DNA from: an uncultured Nitrospinota bacterium | GTDB taxonomy: Bacteria > Tectomicrobia > Entotheonellia > J063 > CAVPRW01 | Assembly: GCA_963707985.1 (NCBI GenBank) | Contig: CAVPRW010000014.1 | Coordinates: 128,001 to 192,000 of the forward strand | Reading direction: 5' to 3' | Length of the DNA: 64,000 nucleotides | Shown here: positions 10,828 to 21,666 of the stretch, piece by piece | How the letters are laid out: each line of letters opens with the position of its first letter | How positions within the stretch are numbered: the stretch's first letter is position 1 | The notes under the pieces: model-generated | Databases searched by the model: none | Told to the model about the DNA's origin: nothing | What the model saw: only the letters and a program-made list of their open reading frames with translations | Program-made: the position numbers and the translations under genes

Positions 10828-11619
10828 CTACCCCTGATGATAGACGTGTTCCTGCACTGGCGTGCCATCTTTTAAGTGTTCCGTGATGATGCGGTCGAGC
10901 ACGTCAGGTGTGACCTTCCGATACCAGATATTATCCGGGTAAACCACGACCACGGGGCCTCCCGAGCACACGAGAAAACAATTGCAGCGTGTTTGCCGGA
11001 CCGCATGGGTGCCCTGGTCGAGGCCGTGGTCCTTGAGTCGGCGGGCCATCAGCTTGAAGAGGGCCTCCGACTGACCGTCGACGGTGCAGCGCGGCCCGGT
11101 GCAGACCAACAAGTGGTGCCGAAAGCGCCGTATCTCGTTGCACTCATCCGCCGTGGGACCGTAGACCATCGGCACACTGGCGTCTTTCAATCGGAGCAAC
11201 ACGGTCATTTGGCCGCGATGGTGGATCTCGTGGTCGATGATATGGCCGAGAATCCAGCGCTTCTCCTTCATCGACCCATGGTAATCGGTCATTTCATCCA
11301 GCCAGGCGTCGTCTTTCGTGCGAAGGGCGGCGATGATCTCCTCGTAGATGTCGTCGAGCGCCTGGACCAGCCCCGCCGTCGTCGCAGGAGGCCTGGCACT
11401 GTCGAGGTCCCACCCCGACGTGGTCGGGAGCTTGAAGATCTCGCTCACATAGTAGAGTGGCGTGGTGGCCACGTGCCAGGCCAGTTGCGCCCAACTCAGG
11501 GAGCGCTCGTGCGGGCGGAACGAGGCGTGGGCCTCGGGCATCGCCGCGATCACGGCGTGCGTGGACGCGTGCTCGTGGTCGTAGCGCTCCAGAATCTCTT
11601 GCATGGTTGTCGCCATCAT
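10828..11619 (-). CDS. DinB-family domain fused to a thioredoxin-like [2Fe-2S] ferredoxin
   Basis: DinB motifs (FRPHERS..QLAWHV; HEIHHRGQMTVLLRL..VPMVYGP) followed in frame by HLLVCTGPRC...CFLVCSGGPVVVVYPDNIWY..VTP...IITEHL. Confidence 0.8.
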   Translation of the reverse strand: MMATTMQEILERYDHEHASTHAVIAAMPEAHASFRPHERSLSWAQLAWHVATTPLYYVSEIFKLPTTSGWDLDSARPPATTAGLVQALDDIYEEIIAALRTKDDAWLDEMTDYHGSMKEKRWILGHIIDHEIHHRGQMTVLLRLKDASVPMVYGPTADECNEIRRFRHHLLVCTGPRCTVDGQSEALFKLMARRLKDHGLDQGTHAVRQTRCNCFLVCSGGPVVVVYPDNIWYRKVTPDVLDRIITEHLKDGTPVQEHVYHQG

Positions 11620-11651
11620 CCACCTCCTCACGTTCCATCAGGTTCGCAGGA

Positions 11652-13220
11652 CTATCGCTTCTGGGCTGCAAGCTTCTCCAGGGTGTTGAGCGCCATTTCC
11701 AGCTCGGGGGCCCTCTGACCAAGCGCGCCGACCAGCAGCCGCAACTCTGCGAGCTCCTCTGCTGTCGGCACGGGCGAGGTATCACCGCCGAAAGCACCAA
11801 TGGCCTGCTTGTACAGCTCCAATGCCTCCATACGCCTCCCGTGGCCGTCCAGGCGGAACTGTGCCGGCGCCAGCGGGCCGAACAGCAGGTGCCGCGTGAT
11901 TTCAGGTCGGGCGTCCAGGTACGGTGCTACGCCGGCTTCCTGAGAAAGGGCCACCGCCAGATGCGGCAGGAGCACATTCGGCGTCGTCTGGCGCATGTTG
12001 CGCCAGGCCTCGATGCCCTCATCCATTTGCTGGCGCGAGGGCAACTCACGCACGCCGGCCCAGACCATCGCGATCCAACGCGCTTGCAGCTCGACGCATG
12101 GCGCATAGGGACCAATCAGATTGTACTGCCCGATGAACGCAAGATTAGGCAGATCCGGATGGAACGTGTGGACGTACAGATCGAGCCCCGTCGAATCGGC
12201 GTTGAGGGTGTGGCGGACGCCTTCGGAAAGGAATGGCAGGGAGAGATCATAGCCCGTGGCCGTCACGATGGCGTCAGCCTCCTCCTCTCCGCCGTCGACA
12301 AACACGACCGTGCGTCCACGGATGGCGGCGATTGTGGGACGGCACCGGATGCGCCCCTCAGCCACATAGGCGAGCCAACTCTGGCAGAGCGTGATCCCCG
12401 CCACCAGGATGTTGTCGTGCGGGGCCGGCGCTCCATATTGTGACGGATGGCCGGAGACGTCCAGGACCCGTTGTTTCATGTGCTCGGCCACCACCTCCAT
12501 GGGAAACGCCATAGGCCGGTAGGCCGACACGCGCGTAAAGAAGCGCCAATCGGACGGCACGCCGCGAGAGACCCGTGGGATCACGTAGCGCGGTTTGCGA
12601 AGCGCGGCCGTCACCCGGATGGAGTCATCGATCGCCAGATCACTCGCGATCTCCGTGCCGCTCACACTGTTGCCCAACACGATGACGCGCTTGCCGCGGA
12701 AGGCCTCGCGGCCGCGGTAGTGGAAGCTATGAACGACCTCGCCCTCGAAAGTCTCGATACCCTCGATCACCGGTTGGCGCGGGCAGTTGAAGCGCCCAGT
12801 CGCGACCACAACGCCATCGAAGCGCTCGCCGCCTCCACCGTCTGTGATGACACGCCACTGTCCATCAGCGCGTTCGATGCTCCGGACCGGTGTCTGCAGA
12901 TGAATCGAGCGACCCAGGTCGAAACTCTCGGCATAGGACCGGAGATAATCGCGGAGATCCTCAAAGCGTGGAAACATTGGCAACGACTCTGGAGGTGGGA
13001 AGTCCGAGAATGCGTCCAGAGTCTTGCTGGTGTTGGTGTGCATCCCCGGCCAGATGCCGCTGTGGGCCGATGGGGCATGCCATTGGCCACCCACACCGTC
13101 GGCCTGCTCGAAGACGACGGGCTGGAGACCTGCATCCTGCAGCGACTTGGCCGCAACCAGGCCGCTAGGACCGGCCCCGACCACAGCCACACGTCGTCGC
13201 TGGTGGCTTGATGATAACAT
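11652..13220 (-). CDS. Flavin-containing monooxygenase (FMO, class B)
   Basis: GAGPSG dinucleotide fold, FMO fingerprint FEGEVVHSFHYR, second Rossmann motif GNSVSG, ATGY. Confidence 0.9.
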   Translation of the reverse strand: MLSSSHQRRRVAVVGAGPSGLVAAKSLQDAGLQPVVFEQADGVGGQWHAPSAHSGIWPGMHTNTSKTLDAFSDFPPPESLPMFPRFEDLRDYLRSYAESFDLGRSIHLQTPVRSIERADGQWRVITDGGGGERFDGVVVATGRFNCPRQPVIEGIETFEGEVVHSFHYRGREAFRGKRVIVLGNSVSGTEIASDLAIDDSIRVTAALRKPRYVIPRVSRGVPSDWRFFTRVSAYRPMAFPMEVVAEHMKQRVLDVSGHPSQYGAPAPHDNILVAGITLCQSWLAYVAEGRIRCRPTIAAIRGRTVVFVDGGEEEADAIVTATGYDLSLPFLSEGVRHTLNADSTGLDLYVHTFHPDLPNLAFIGQYNLIGPYAPCVELQARWIAMVWAGVRELPSRQQMDEGIEAWRNMRQTTPNVLLPHLAVALSQEAGVAPYLDARPEITRHLLFGPLAPAQFRLDGHGRRMEALELYKQAIGAFGGDTSPVPTAEELAELRLLVGALGQRAPELEMALNTLEKLAAQKR

Positions 13221-13699
13221 CGATCCTCCTGTGCCACGCCTGGATCACTGCGACATGGTCAACCCCACAACGGTTCGCGGTGCACCGGTCAGGGACAGCC
13301 AGTTTGGCAGTGAGGAAGGTGCCCCCAGAGCCGCTGCTCACGACCGTCCCGCCTCCAAGAGGATGAGAGCCTTGAATATCCCGCTCCCAGGCTTGGGCCT
13401 GACCAACTGGCCCCTGTGACCAGCTTCAATATCCACACACACACGGCGAACAGGATACATAAATCATATTCGTGGGGAAAAATAAAGCACATTGTGCGCG
13501 CTGGAATGGTATAGACGGGGTCAAATCTCGTGACGAATTCCTCGACGTCTATGCGGCACGGAGCCAGCTCTGGGATTTACCCTGTTACCTCTAGAATTAC
13601 ATCAGAGTAGCACATATTTCCCATGCCTGCTGGCCCCGGTATAAAACCGCGTCGCGCTGGACGCAGTGATGAGACACAACAAGGTACCGAAGCCTGCCT

Positions 13700-14800
13700 T
13701 TATACTAGTCGTGACAGCTCTACGTCTCGAGTCGCATCCGTGGGCGCCGCGGTGGGAGCCGGCTTGACCGTATGCATCAGCGGTAGCACTCGGTCACCGA
13801 ACACCCGGAGGCCCTCCTCACACTCGGGGAAGATGAGCATGATCCCCTTAGTTCCGGGTACGGATCCAATATGGTCGAGGATGGCGGCGCACTGGGCGTA
13901 TGACGCGATGATCGGCGTAATCCCGAAATAGGCGACGCCCTGTAGCGCTGCGGCTGTCCCTCCAGTCGCATCGAGTGCCGCCTGGCCCATCATCGCGGCC
14001 AACGCCTCACGATCAGCGTGTGCCAACCAGTGGTTTGACTTGGCTTGCGCCTTAGCCTCGGTCTCCTCAAGCACGAGGGTGTATAGTGCGTAGGCGCCGA
14101 CGTCGCGGCCTGTTTCTTCGGCATATTGTCGCAACTTGCGGTTAGCGGCGAATACCGCATCGCCACTGAGGTCGCCGAGGACGAAAGCGTAATCGGCGTG
14201 CTGCGCGGTGAATCGCATGCCGACGTCCGATTGTCCAGCGCACACCAGCGGCAGCGGGCGGTTCGGATGCGGTAGGATACGGCAGTCGCGCAGCTGGAAA
14301 AACTCCCCCTCATAATCCACGTCGCGCTGCGTCCAGAGAAGCTTCAAGATCTCGACATACTCGCGAGCATAGTGGTAGCGGCGTTGATAGTGCTCATCGC
14401 CGGGCCACAGCCCCATCTGGGCATATTCATCCTTCTGCCACCCGGACACCAAGTTGATCCCGAAGCGGCCTTGGGAGATATGGTCGATCGTCGCGCCTCG
14501 GCGCGCAGTAATCGCCGGGTGGACGGTTGGCAGTGCCACCGAGCCGTAGAGCTGGATGCGGTCGGTGGCCTGGGCGAGCGCCGCCATGACCTCGAACGAT
14601 TCCAGCACATAGTCTGCAAACTCCGTCGGACCGCCCCAGCCGCGATATTTGACCGGTGAGAGCACGAAGTGAAAGCCGAGATCCTCAGCATGCCGCGTCA
14701 TCGTCTTAAGCATGGCATACGATGGCTGATACTGCGGCGCTGCGGTCGAAACAACATAGCCATTCTTCCCCACCGGGAGAAACACGCCCAGCTCGACCAT
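13700..14800 (-). CDS. LLM-class flavin-dependent monooxygenase, RutA-like
   Basis: ELGVFLPVGKNGYVVSTAAPQYQPS, KYRGWGG, GRFGINLVSGWQKDEYAQMGLWPGD and CAGQSDVGM resemble pyrimidine monooxygenase RutA. Confidence 0.82.
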   Translation of the reverse strand: MVELGVFLPVGKNGYVVSTAAPQYQPSYAMLKTMTRHAEDLGFHFVLSPVKYRGWGGPTEFADYVLESFEVMAALAQATDRIQLYGSVALPTVHPAITARRGATIDHISQGRFGINLVSGWQKDEYAQMGLWPGDEHYQRRYHYAREYVEILKLLWTQRDVDYEGEFFQLRDCRILPHPNRPLPLVCAGQSDVGMRFTAQHADYAFVLGDLSGDAVFAANRKLRQYAEETGRDVGAYALYTLVLEETEAKAQAKSNHWLAHADREALAAMMGQAALDATGGTAAALQGVAYFGITPIIASYAQCAAILDHIGSVPGTKGIMLIFPECEEGLRVFGDRVLPLMHTVKPAPTAAPTDATRDVELSRLV

Positions 14801-14936
14801 CGTCCACTCCTTGTCGATGAGGTGTCGCACATAGCCGGCGACAACACCTAGATATCATCGCGGAGGTCCATTAATCACCCACTATGTCAAGCTGTCCGGC
14901 CAGTGTCTGCACCGCCTGATCGCCCTGCGCGCACTG

Positions 14937-16229
14937 CTATCGGACAGCCACCAGGGGCGGGTCCTTGAGATACGACTCGGCCAGCTTCCGCCCGGTGTCG
15001 CGCAACAGGGGTGGGTCGTCCTTCGGCGTCGCCGCCGGCGGTACGCGCACGACCGTGTCGTTCGAATAGGTCGGGATGATTGTGCCGGCCTCACGACAAA
15101 GACCAGCAGGGTCACGACCATCTTGAACGCTGCGAATGCCACGGCGGATCTGTTGCCGAAACATGGTGACGCCACGATCCGTGGCACCGAGATGCTCCAG
15201 GGCGTGGATGGCAATCGGTCGCTGTCCGACCTGGGCTTCATAATCACCGGGCTGACGCTGGCTCGCCTCATAGGAGTCAGCGGCGAGCTGGCCAGGAATC
15301 ATGATGCTGCGGTCCGCGAACCATGAGGGCGTGACACCCTCGGTCTCGCTCACATGCCGGAATTCGATGAGCACGGTGTGGGTGTCGTCTTGGGGCACAA
15401 TCCAGCGGCTCATCATCGGGCCGCTGAAAGCATGTTCCTGGAGGCCATCCTCCCACGCTGGAGCCACCTGCTGCAGGTTGGGTGCGATAGCTTCCACCAT
15501 TCGTGCCCAGACGTTGTCTTCCACGCGGCGGGTGGCAATATAGATCATTCCGATCGGGGTTTCGGTGAACTCAAGCTCTGGGATCACCCCGAACTGGTCA
15601 GTAAATTGTGCACCGCTGACGATGGTGTGGAGAAACGCGGTATGGACCGGGTCCATGGCGTTTTCCATAATCTGTAGCCAGTTACACGGGTAGGCATATT
15701 TCCTGCCGGGGATGAGCCGATAACCCGGCCGGGTGAAGCTGTCGTAGACGGGGAATGGAGGCTTCTGATCCGGCGGACCCATGTAGGCGAATACGATGCC
15801 GTGATACTCATGGGTCGGATAGGCGCCATGACAGAGGCGGTCCTTCAAGGTGCTGTCCGCTGGCTCGCCTGGAGTCTCCAAGATGGTTCCGTCCACATCG
15901 AAGAGCCAGGCGTGGTAGCAGCAGCGTATGCCCTTAGCGCCGATCAGACCATACTCCAATGATGTGCCCCGATGCGGACAACGTAACTCCAGTAATCCCA
16001 CGGCGCCGCTCAAATCGCGGAACACCACAAGCTCTTCCCCCAAGATGGTAACCCGCATGGGCAAGTCCTGTAACTCGTCCGTAAAACATACTGGCTGCCA
16101 ATAGCGACGTAAATATTCGCCACACGGTGTGCCAGGGCCAACATGCGTCAGCTCGGCGTCTTCTTCGGGGACATCACGATGAAAATACCCGCCATATCGC
16201 GTTGTCAAGAATGTCGGTCTAGTGGCCAT
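14937..16229 (-). CDS. Rieske non-heme iron oxygenase alpha subunit (phthalate 4,5-dioxygenase-like)
   Basis: VGPGTPCGEYLRRYWQP, Rieske CPHRG...CCYHAW, mononuclear Fe motif ENAMDPVHTAFLH. Confidence 0.9.
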   Translation of the reverse strand: MATRPTFLTTRYGGYFHRDVPEEDAELTHVGPGTPCGEYLRRYWQPVCFTDELQDLPMRVTILGEELVVFRDLSGAVGLLELRCPHRGTSLEYGLIGAKGIRCCYHAWLFDVDGTILETPGEPADSTLKDRLCHGAYPTHEYHGIVFAYMGPPDQKPPFPVYDSFTRPGYRLIPGRKYAYPCNWLQIMENAMDPVHTAFLHTIVSGAQFTDQFGVIPELEFTETPIGMIYIATRRVEDNVWARMVEAIAPNLQQVAPAWEDGLQEHAFSGPMMSRWIVPQDDTHTVLIEFRHVSETEGVTPSWFADRSIMIPGQLAADSYEASQRQPGDYEAQVGQRPIAIHALEHLGATDRGVTMFRQQIRRGIRSVQDGRDPAGLCREAGTIIPTYSNDTVVRVPPAATPKDDPPLLRDTGRKLAESYLKDPPLVAVR

Positions 16230-16444
16230 AGCCATTCTCCTTACCGGTTCATCGTTGACGTTTATCACATGCGCTCTTCACAACACTGATGCCGCTCTTT
16301 ATGTGATCGCAGCAGGAACGTAGCCTACTCCTTGAGACCCGACACAGCTGAGCGGCAGTTCCTGCCAGCCGCTGAGTTCCTATGTGAGACTGGTTTCCTT
16401 CTTCAGCACGCCTACACGATCAAGCACACCTCTCCTTGCCGACG

Positions 16445-19185
16445 TCATGCTTTCGGGATCGGGCTTCGATAGGCCTGGAGCAGGCCACGCAATTCCTGGA
16501 TTAGGGTCTCGCGGTCCAAGCCGCGTTTCTGAATCACCGAGCGGACACGCTGGTCGAGCCGAGCCCGCTCGGTAGGCGTAAGCGTTTTCGCCGTAAGCAC
16601 GACGATCGGGATGCTGGTGAAGCTGCGAGGTCTGCTGGAGCTGCTCGATGAGCATGAATCCGTCCATGCGTGGCATGAGGAGGTCCAGGAGGATGACATC
16701 GGGAGGCTGGTGGTCGATGACCCCCAATGCCTCCTGTCCATCTGCTGCCGACATGATCTCATAGGGCTCGCCTTCGAGGAGCTGACTGACCAGATCCATG
16801 ACCTGTGGGTCATCATCCACCACCAGCAGACGTCCCTGTCGTGGAGGGACATGGGCCAGCGTGGCCAGGATCGCGTCGCGATCGAAGGGTTTGATCAGGT
16901 AGTCACAGGCCCCCAACCGGTAACCCAGATTCTTGTTGTCCACGATTGACAAGACGATGACGGGGATGGCACGGGTTGCCGTATCAGCCTTTAGTGCATG
17001 CAGGACCTGCCAACCGTCTGGCTGCGGCATGAGGATGTCGAGGGTAATGGCCAATGGCCGCAGCTCGCGGGCTTTTTCCAGTCCTTCTCGGCCATTCAGT
17101 GCCCCGACCACGCGATAGCCCGCCTCGGCAAGGTTTTCATGCAGAAGGTAGATGACATCCGGGTCATCGTCGATGGCCAGCACGACCTTGTCACCGTCTG
17201 GCTGCTCGGCCGGCTGTTCCTGGTAGGGGAATCGAGTGCCTCGCCCCGTAGGCTGAGCTGGGCGCGAATCCAGCGGGATGGTGACGGTGAAGGTCGAGCC
17301 CACTCCGACTGTACTCTGCACGACGACGTCTCCGCCCAAGAGCCGGGCAAGGCGACGGCTGATCGTCAGACCCAGACCCGTGCCACCATAGCTGCGCACG
17401 GCGCTACTCTCCACCTGACGAAATTCTTCGAAGATCAGGTCGATCTTATCTCCAGGAATCCCGATGCCCGTATCCGTCACCGCTATGGTAAGGTGACCGT
17501 CTTGCCGTCGTGCGCTCACCGTCACGCTTCCTTCGGGCGTAAATTTCACCGCGTTGCTGAGCAGATTCACCAGGATCTGCCTCAATTTGTCGGGATCGGT
17601 AAACAGCGGCGGTAGGTCAGCCTCGATCGCTTTCGCCAAGTACAGGCGCTCGCTCTTGATCGTCGGCTCGACCGTGCGCAGGCAGGTATCGACGAGCTCC
17701 TCCACTTGAGTATCAGCTGGATGGACCTCCATGCGTCCAGCCTCGATTTTGGAGAGGTCGAGGATGTCGTTGATCAGCGCCAGGAGATGCTCGGCGCTGA
17801 TCAAGATCTTCCCAAGATTCTCCTGTTCGCGTGGAGGCAGAATGTCTTTCGAGCGTCGCATGACGAGCCGGGTGAAACCGATAATGGCATTCATCGGGGT
17901 CCGGAGCTCATGGGACATGTTGGCCAGGAATTCGGATTTGGCCTGGGTGGCAGCTTCGGCCGCTTCCTTCGTCTGCTGTAATTCAACTTCCGCGTGCTTG
18001 CGCTCGGTGATATCGCGCAGCACGCCGGTGAGAAATTTCTTCTCCCCAGCCTCGAGGAGGGAGAAGGAGACTTCCAACGGGAATTCACGGCCGTCTTTGG
18101 TCAATCCTGGCAGCTCGATGTTCTGCCAGCGCGGCAGATGGCGCTGGCCGCTGGTGAGATAGCGCTGCAGCCCAGCCATGTGCTGGTCCCGCAGACGCTC
18201 GGGGATAATTGCGGTCAAGGGCTTACCCAACAACTCTGCTTGGCAGAAGCCGAAAATCTGCTCGGCCGCACGGTTGAATTCGCAGACCAATCCAGCCTCG
18301 TCGATGGAAATAATGGCGTCGGCGGCGGCATTGATAATGTGCCGGTAGCGTTCCTCGCTCTCCCGCAGGGCGGCCTCCACTCCCTGCCGTTCAGCGATTT
18401 CGCCCTCCAGGGCGTTGGGCGCGCTGCGTCAAGTCTGTGGAGGTCTGGCGCAGCCGGCCGATGACCAGGGCCAGTCCTGCCACTCCCAATGCGGACATCA
18501 CCCCCATCAGGGCAAAGGTTCCCTGCAAACCCACATACGTCTGGGCCATGGCCCTATCCAGAGGCAGAATGACCTCCAGGACCCCTCGCACGTCCCCCTC
18601 GCGCCAGTCGGTTTTGGGACTGGCCGGGTGCATGTTGTGACAATCGACACAGCGGGGCCGCATCAGATCCGCCGTCGCATAGCGCAACGATCGGATGCCG
18701 TTAAATTCCTCGAAGCGATAGAAGGGTTTGTCGGGGTGATGTAGCAGGGACCTCCACGCTTCCTGGCTAAATGCATCGCGCAGGCCACCCTCCTCTTGCC
18801 GCCAGGGAAATGGATAGGGACTATATAGACGTGTCTGCGCTCCGGCCCCATGGGCGCCAATCCGCTTGCCGATGAGCATCGTCAAGGTCGCCGGAAGCGG
18901 AATGGCTCCTTCCCTGGTCGTGTGATCATGGGTCACCTCGATGCCGCGTTTGATGACGGTGTCCACGACCTCAGAGGTATAGAGGGTGCGAAACTCCCCC
19001 AGCGCTTGGGAATACAGCGACGCATCCTGCAAGACGGTGGAGGCGATGAGGTTCGACTGCAAGTGGGACACATACCACAGCATGCAGACCACGCCGACAC
19101 AGAACAGGATCGTCAACACCAGGATGGTCCGTTCGTGAAGCAGCCTGATGGATCCAGCCGTTAGCTTCTTGAAGGCTTGGCGCAC
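16445..19185 (-). CDS. Hybrid sensor histidine kinase: TM - heme-c (DUF3365-like, CxxCH) - TM - PAS - HisKA - HATPase - REC - REC; indels near 18418 and 16615
   Basis: CVDCH between two hydrophobic segments; PAS (DAIISID..EFNRAAEQIFG); H-box FLANMSHELRTP; G boxes DTGIGI and GGTGLGL; two receiver domains. Three ORF pieces join by single-base edits; start codon uncertain. Confidence 0.82.
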
Positions 19186-19342
19186 AGTCTTCCCATCCAG
19201 AAAGATCTTCTCCGACTGCGACCCAATGCTCTGCTGTCCAATGCGTTTGTGCTTCACCACTGACGGCAGGTGCGTGAACGCCGTGTATTTGCCGGTATCG
19301 GTACAAGCCGGAACAGGAAGGAGCCGACCCTCTGCGCACTCT

Positions 19343-20410
19343 TTAATACGTCGCTCTGACGGAACCCAAGACGCGGCAGATCTCGACCGCCTCATCGATG
19401 TTTTTCAAAGATATGTGACCGAGTCGCTCCAAGCGAAAGCCGTGGCCCAGGCGTCGGACGGTCTCTGGACCGACCAGAAGCTGGCCGACCCCGGCAGTGG
19501 CTGCCAGGCGTGCCGCCAAATTGGTCACCGGGCCGCTGGCCGTGAACGTCCAGCGTGTGCCTCGCACGCCCTCGATGCGGGTCGAACCGACCAAGGCGAG
19601 CCCAGAATTGAGGCCCATGTGAATCGACAGCGGCTGTGTGCCATTGGTCTCATTAAGCGCTTCCGTGGCGCCGAGCAGAGCGAGCGCGGTCTCAACGGCG
19701 GTTACCGCATGCGCGGACCTATCGACATCATGGAAAATTGCCATAAAGCCGTCCCCGGCCGTCTCGTTGATATCACCGTCCGCTGCGTGAATACAATCCA
19801 GGAAAGTCGAAAAATAGTGTTCAACCAGCCGATTGAGCGTGTCCGGCGGCAACTGCGCGCTCAAGCGCCCATAGCCGCTGATATCGAGAAATAAGACGGA
19901 AACGTCTTGTTCGCGCTTGGCCAAGGCTGGGGCTTCGGGATTGGCGGCAACGAGGCGTTTGACGGCCTCCGGAACGTACTTGGCAAAGTGGTCTTTGACC
20001 CGTCTCAGCTCGTGGATTTTACGATCGATGGTATGCTTCAGCTTAAGCGTGGTCTGAATGCGAGCCCTCAATTCTTGCTGATTGATCGGTTTGGTCAGGA
20101 AATCATCCGCGCCCGCCTCGATCCCTTTGATGCGATCGTCGATGCTATCGAGAGCCGTCATGATCACGATCGGGATCGTCCTCGTCTCGTCGTCCCCCTT
20201 CAGGATATGACACAGGGTAAAGCCGTCCATGATCGGCATCATGACGTCCAGCAAGATGAGGTCAGGCGCCTGGGCCGACACTTTGTCCAAGGCTTCTCGG
20301 CCGTTCTTGGCGCTCGTTGTGGTGTAGCCGAGGTCCTCCAGTTCTTGTTCCAAATAATCCACGTTCAACGGTTCGTCGTCTACGATCAAAATCCTGGAGG
20401 AGTGGATCAT
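19343..20410 (-). CDS. Response regulator with class III adenylate/guanylate cyclase output domain
   Basis: REC domain (ILIVDDE, DLILLDVMMP, KP), then VLFLDISGY, GDGFMAIF and TASGPVTNLAARL cyclase motifs. Confidence 0.9.
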   Translation of the reverse strand: MIHSSRILIVDDEPLNVDYLEQELEDLGYTTTSAKNGREALDKVSAQAPDLILLDVMMPIMDGFTLCHILKGDDETRTIPIVIMTALDSIDDRIKGIEAGADDFLTKPINQQELRARIQTTLKLKHTIDRKIHELRRVKDHFAKYVPEAVKRLVAANPEAPALAKREQDVSVLFLDISGYGRLSAQLPPDTLNRLVEHYFSTFLDCIHAADGDINETAGDGFMAIFHDVDRSAHAVTAVETALALLGATEALNETNGTQPLSIHMGLNSGLALVGSTRIEGVRGTRWTFTASGPVTNLAARLAATAGVGQLLVGPETVRRLGHGFRLERLGHISLKNIDEAVEICRVLGSVRATY

Positions 20411-20799
20411 CGCGGTTCCTCCGATTCATGATGGCCCCTCGGCCCCAGAAACCGGACGAGTTTTGCGAACAGGAGGTTTTCGTCGAGCGGTTTAGTCAGG
20501 TATTCGTCACAGCCGCTTTGCAGTGCCTTCTCCCGATCCCCCATCATGGCATGGGCGGACAGCGCAATGATGGGGATATCATGTAACGCCGCGTCGGCTT
20601 TGAGGCGTCGGGTAACCTCCCAACCGTCGATAATGGGCAGCGAGAGGTCCATCAGAATGAGGTCGGGATGCTCATGAGCGGCGAGCTGGAGCCCTTCGGC
20701 GCCGTCAACCGCGGTGAGGACATCATAGGTGTCCTCTAGGAGCTGGACGATGAGATCTCGGTTGAGCTCGACGTCTTCGACGATGAGGATTTTTTTCAT
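20407..20799 (-). CDS. Single-domain response regulator (DivK/CheY-like)
   Basis: KKILIVEDVELN, DLILMDLSLP, ALSAHAM, GCDEYLTKP; stop overlaps the next start codon. Confidence 0.9.
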   Translation of the reverse strand: MKKILIVEDVELNRDLIVQLLEDTYDVLTAVDGAEGLQLAAHEHPDLILMDLSLPIIDGWEVTRRLKADAALHDIPIIALSAHAMMGDREKALQSGCDEYLTKPLDENLLFAKLVRFLGPRGHHESEEPR

Positions 20800-20974
20800 G
20801 ATGTCTCTCCGACGCGACTGAACATGGACGGTCTGGCGGCACATCTGGAGTTGCCCGTTGTCAGATGGTGTCTACAGGCTCCAGTCCGCCTGATGAAGAC
20901 GGACTGAGCCTGGCGCGTCGTGGTGTGCTGATGGGCTGGTGCGTCGGTCGCGAATAGCCTGTGGCTGGAAGTCA

Positions 20975-20990
20975 ATCAAGAATCGTGCCA
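20975..20990 (-). promoter_or_regulatory. Candidate sigma-54 (-24/-12) promoter of the signalling operon
   Basis: Minus strand TGGCACGATTCTTGAT versus consensus TGGCAC-N5-TTGC(A/T); one mismatch at the -12 C. Confidence 0.45.
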
Positions 20991-21264
20991 GATTCACTCG
21001 CTTCCTTGTGAACTGGCTATCTGGTGACTGATGTGATTGAGATGATGGGTTTTTGTGGAGTCGATACAGAAGGGGAAAAGCGTATTGGGGGGAGCCAGAC
21101 CCCCAACCTGGGTTTCCCTAACCCCCAATTCTGGGGGTCAAATGGGGGTTTCCCCCCACTTCACCCCCACTTCTGGGAACACCGTCAAAAGCGGGACTCA
21201 TCACCTGATCGCTGGCTCAGGTGCTACCTAAGGCCCCCACTAGCATGATATGATCAACAATCCC

Positions 21265-21639
21265 CTATCCACGCTGAGCCCGCATCGCGATGTCGAGCGT
21301 ATATTCGAAATAGGACGCCGCCTCGCTCAGGCTGAACTCGTCCTTCTCAAAGGTCAAGTGCGGTTTACCCTGCTCGTCGAAACTGATGTTCACGCCGAGT
21401 CTCACTGGCCACGGCAGCAGCGCGTTGCGCCGCCCCTCCCGCACCGACCGGGCCTGTGGCAGCGCCATCAGCTCGTTTGGCGGCCTCAGGATCATCTCGG
21501 GCCGCTGTTCGGCGATGCGGCTGTAGACCTCGACGCACCTACGAACGGTGCCCAGATAGTCTCCCTTGTCGAGCGCCTGTTCGGCCTCTATCAGTATGGT
21601 CTGGAAGAACGGGTCGATGAGGTCGCTAGGTCTGGCCAT
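21265..21639 (-). CDS. Hypothetical protein
   Basis: 124-aa ORF with RBS GGAGG, directly downstream of the LLM gene fragment. Confidence 0.65.
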   Translation of the reverse strand: MARPSDLIDPFFQTILIEAEQALDKGDYLGTVRRCVEVYSRIAEQRPEMILRPPNELMALPQARSVREGRRNALLPWPVRLGVNISFDEQGKPHLTFEKDEFSLSEAASYFEYTLDIAMRAQRG

Positions 21640-21666
21640 CTTGTGTCCTCCCGGTGGAGACGAACT

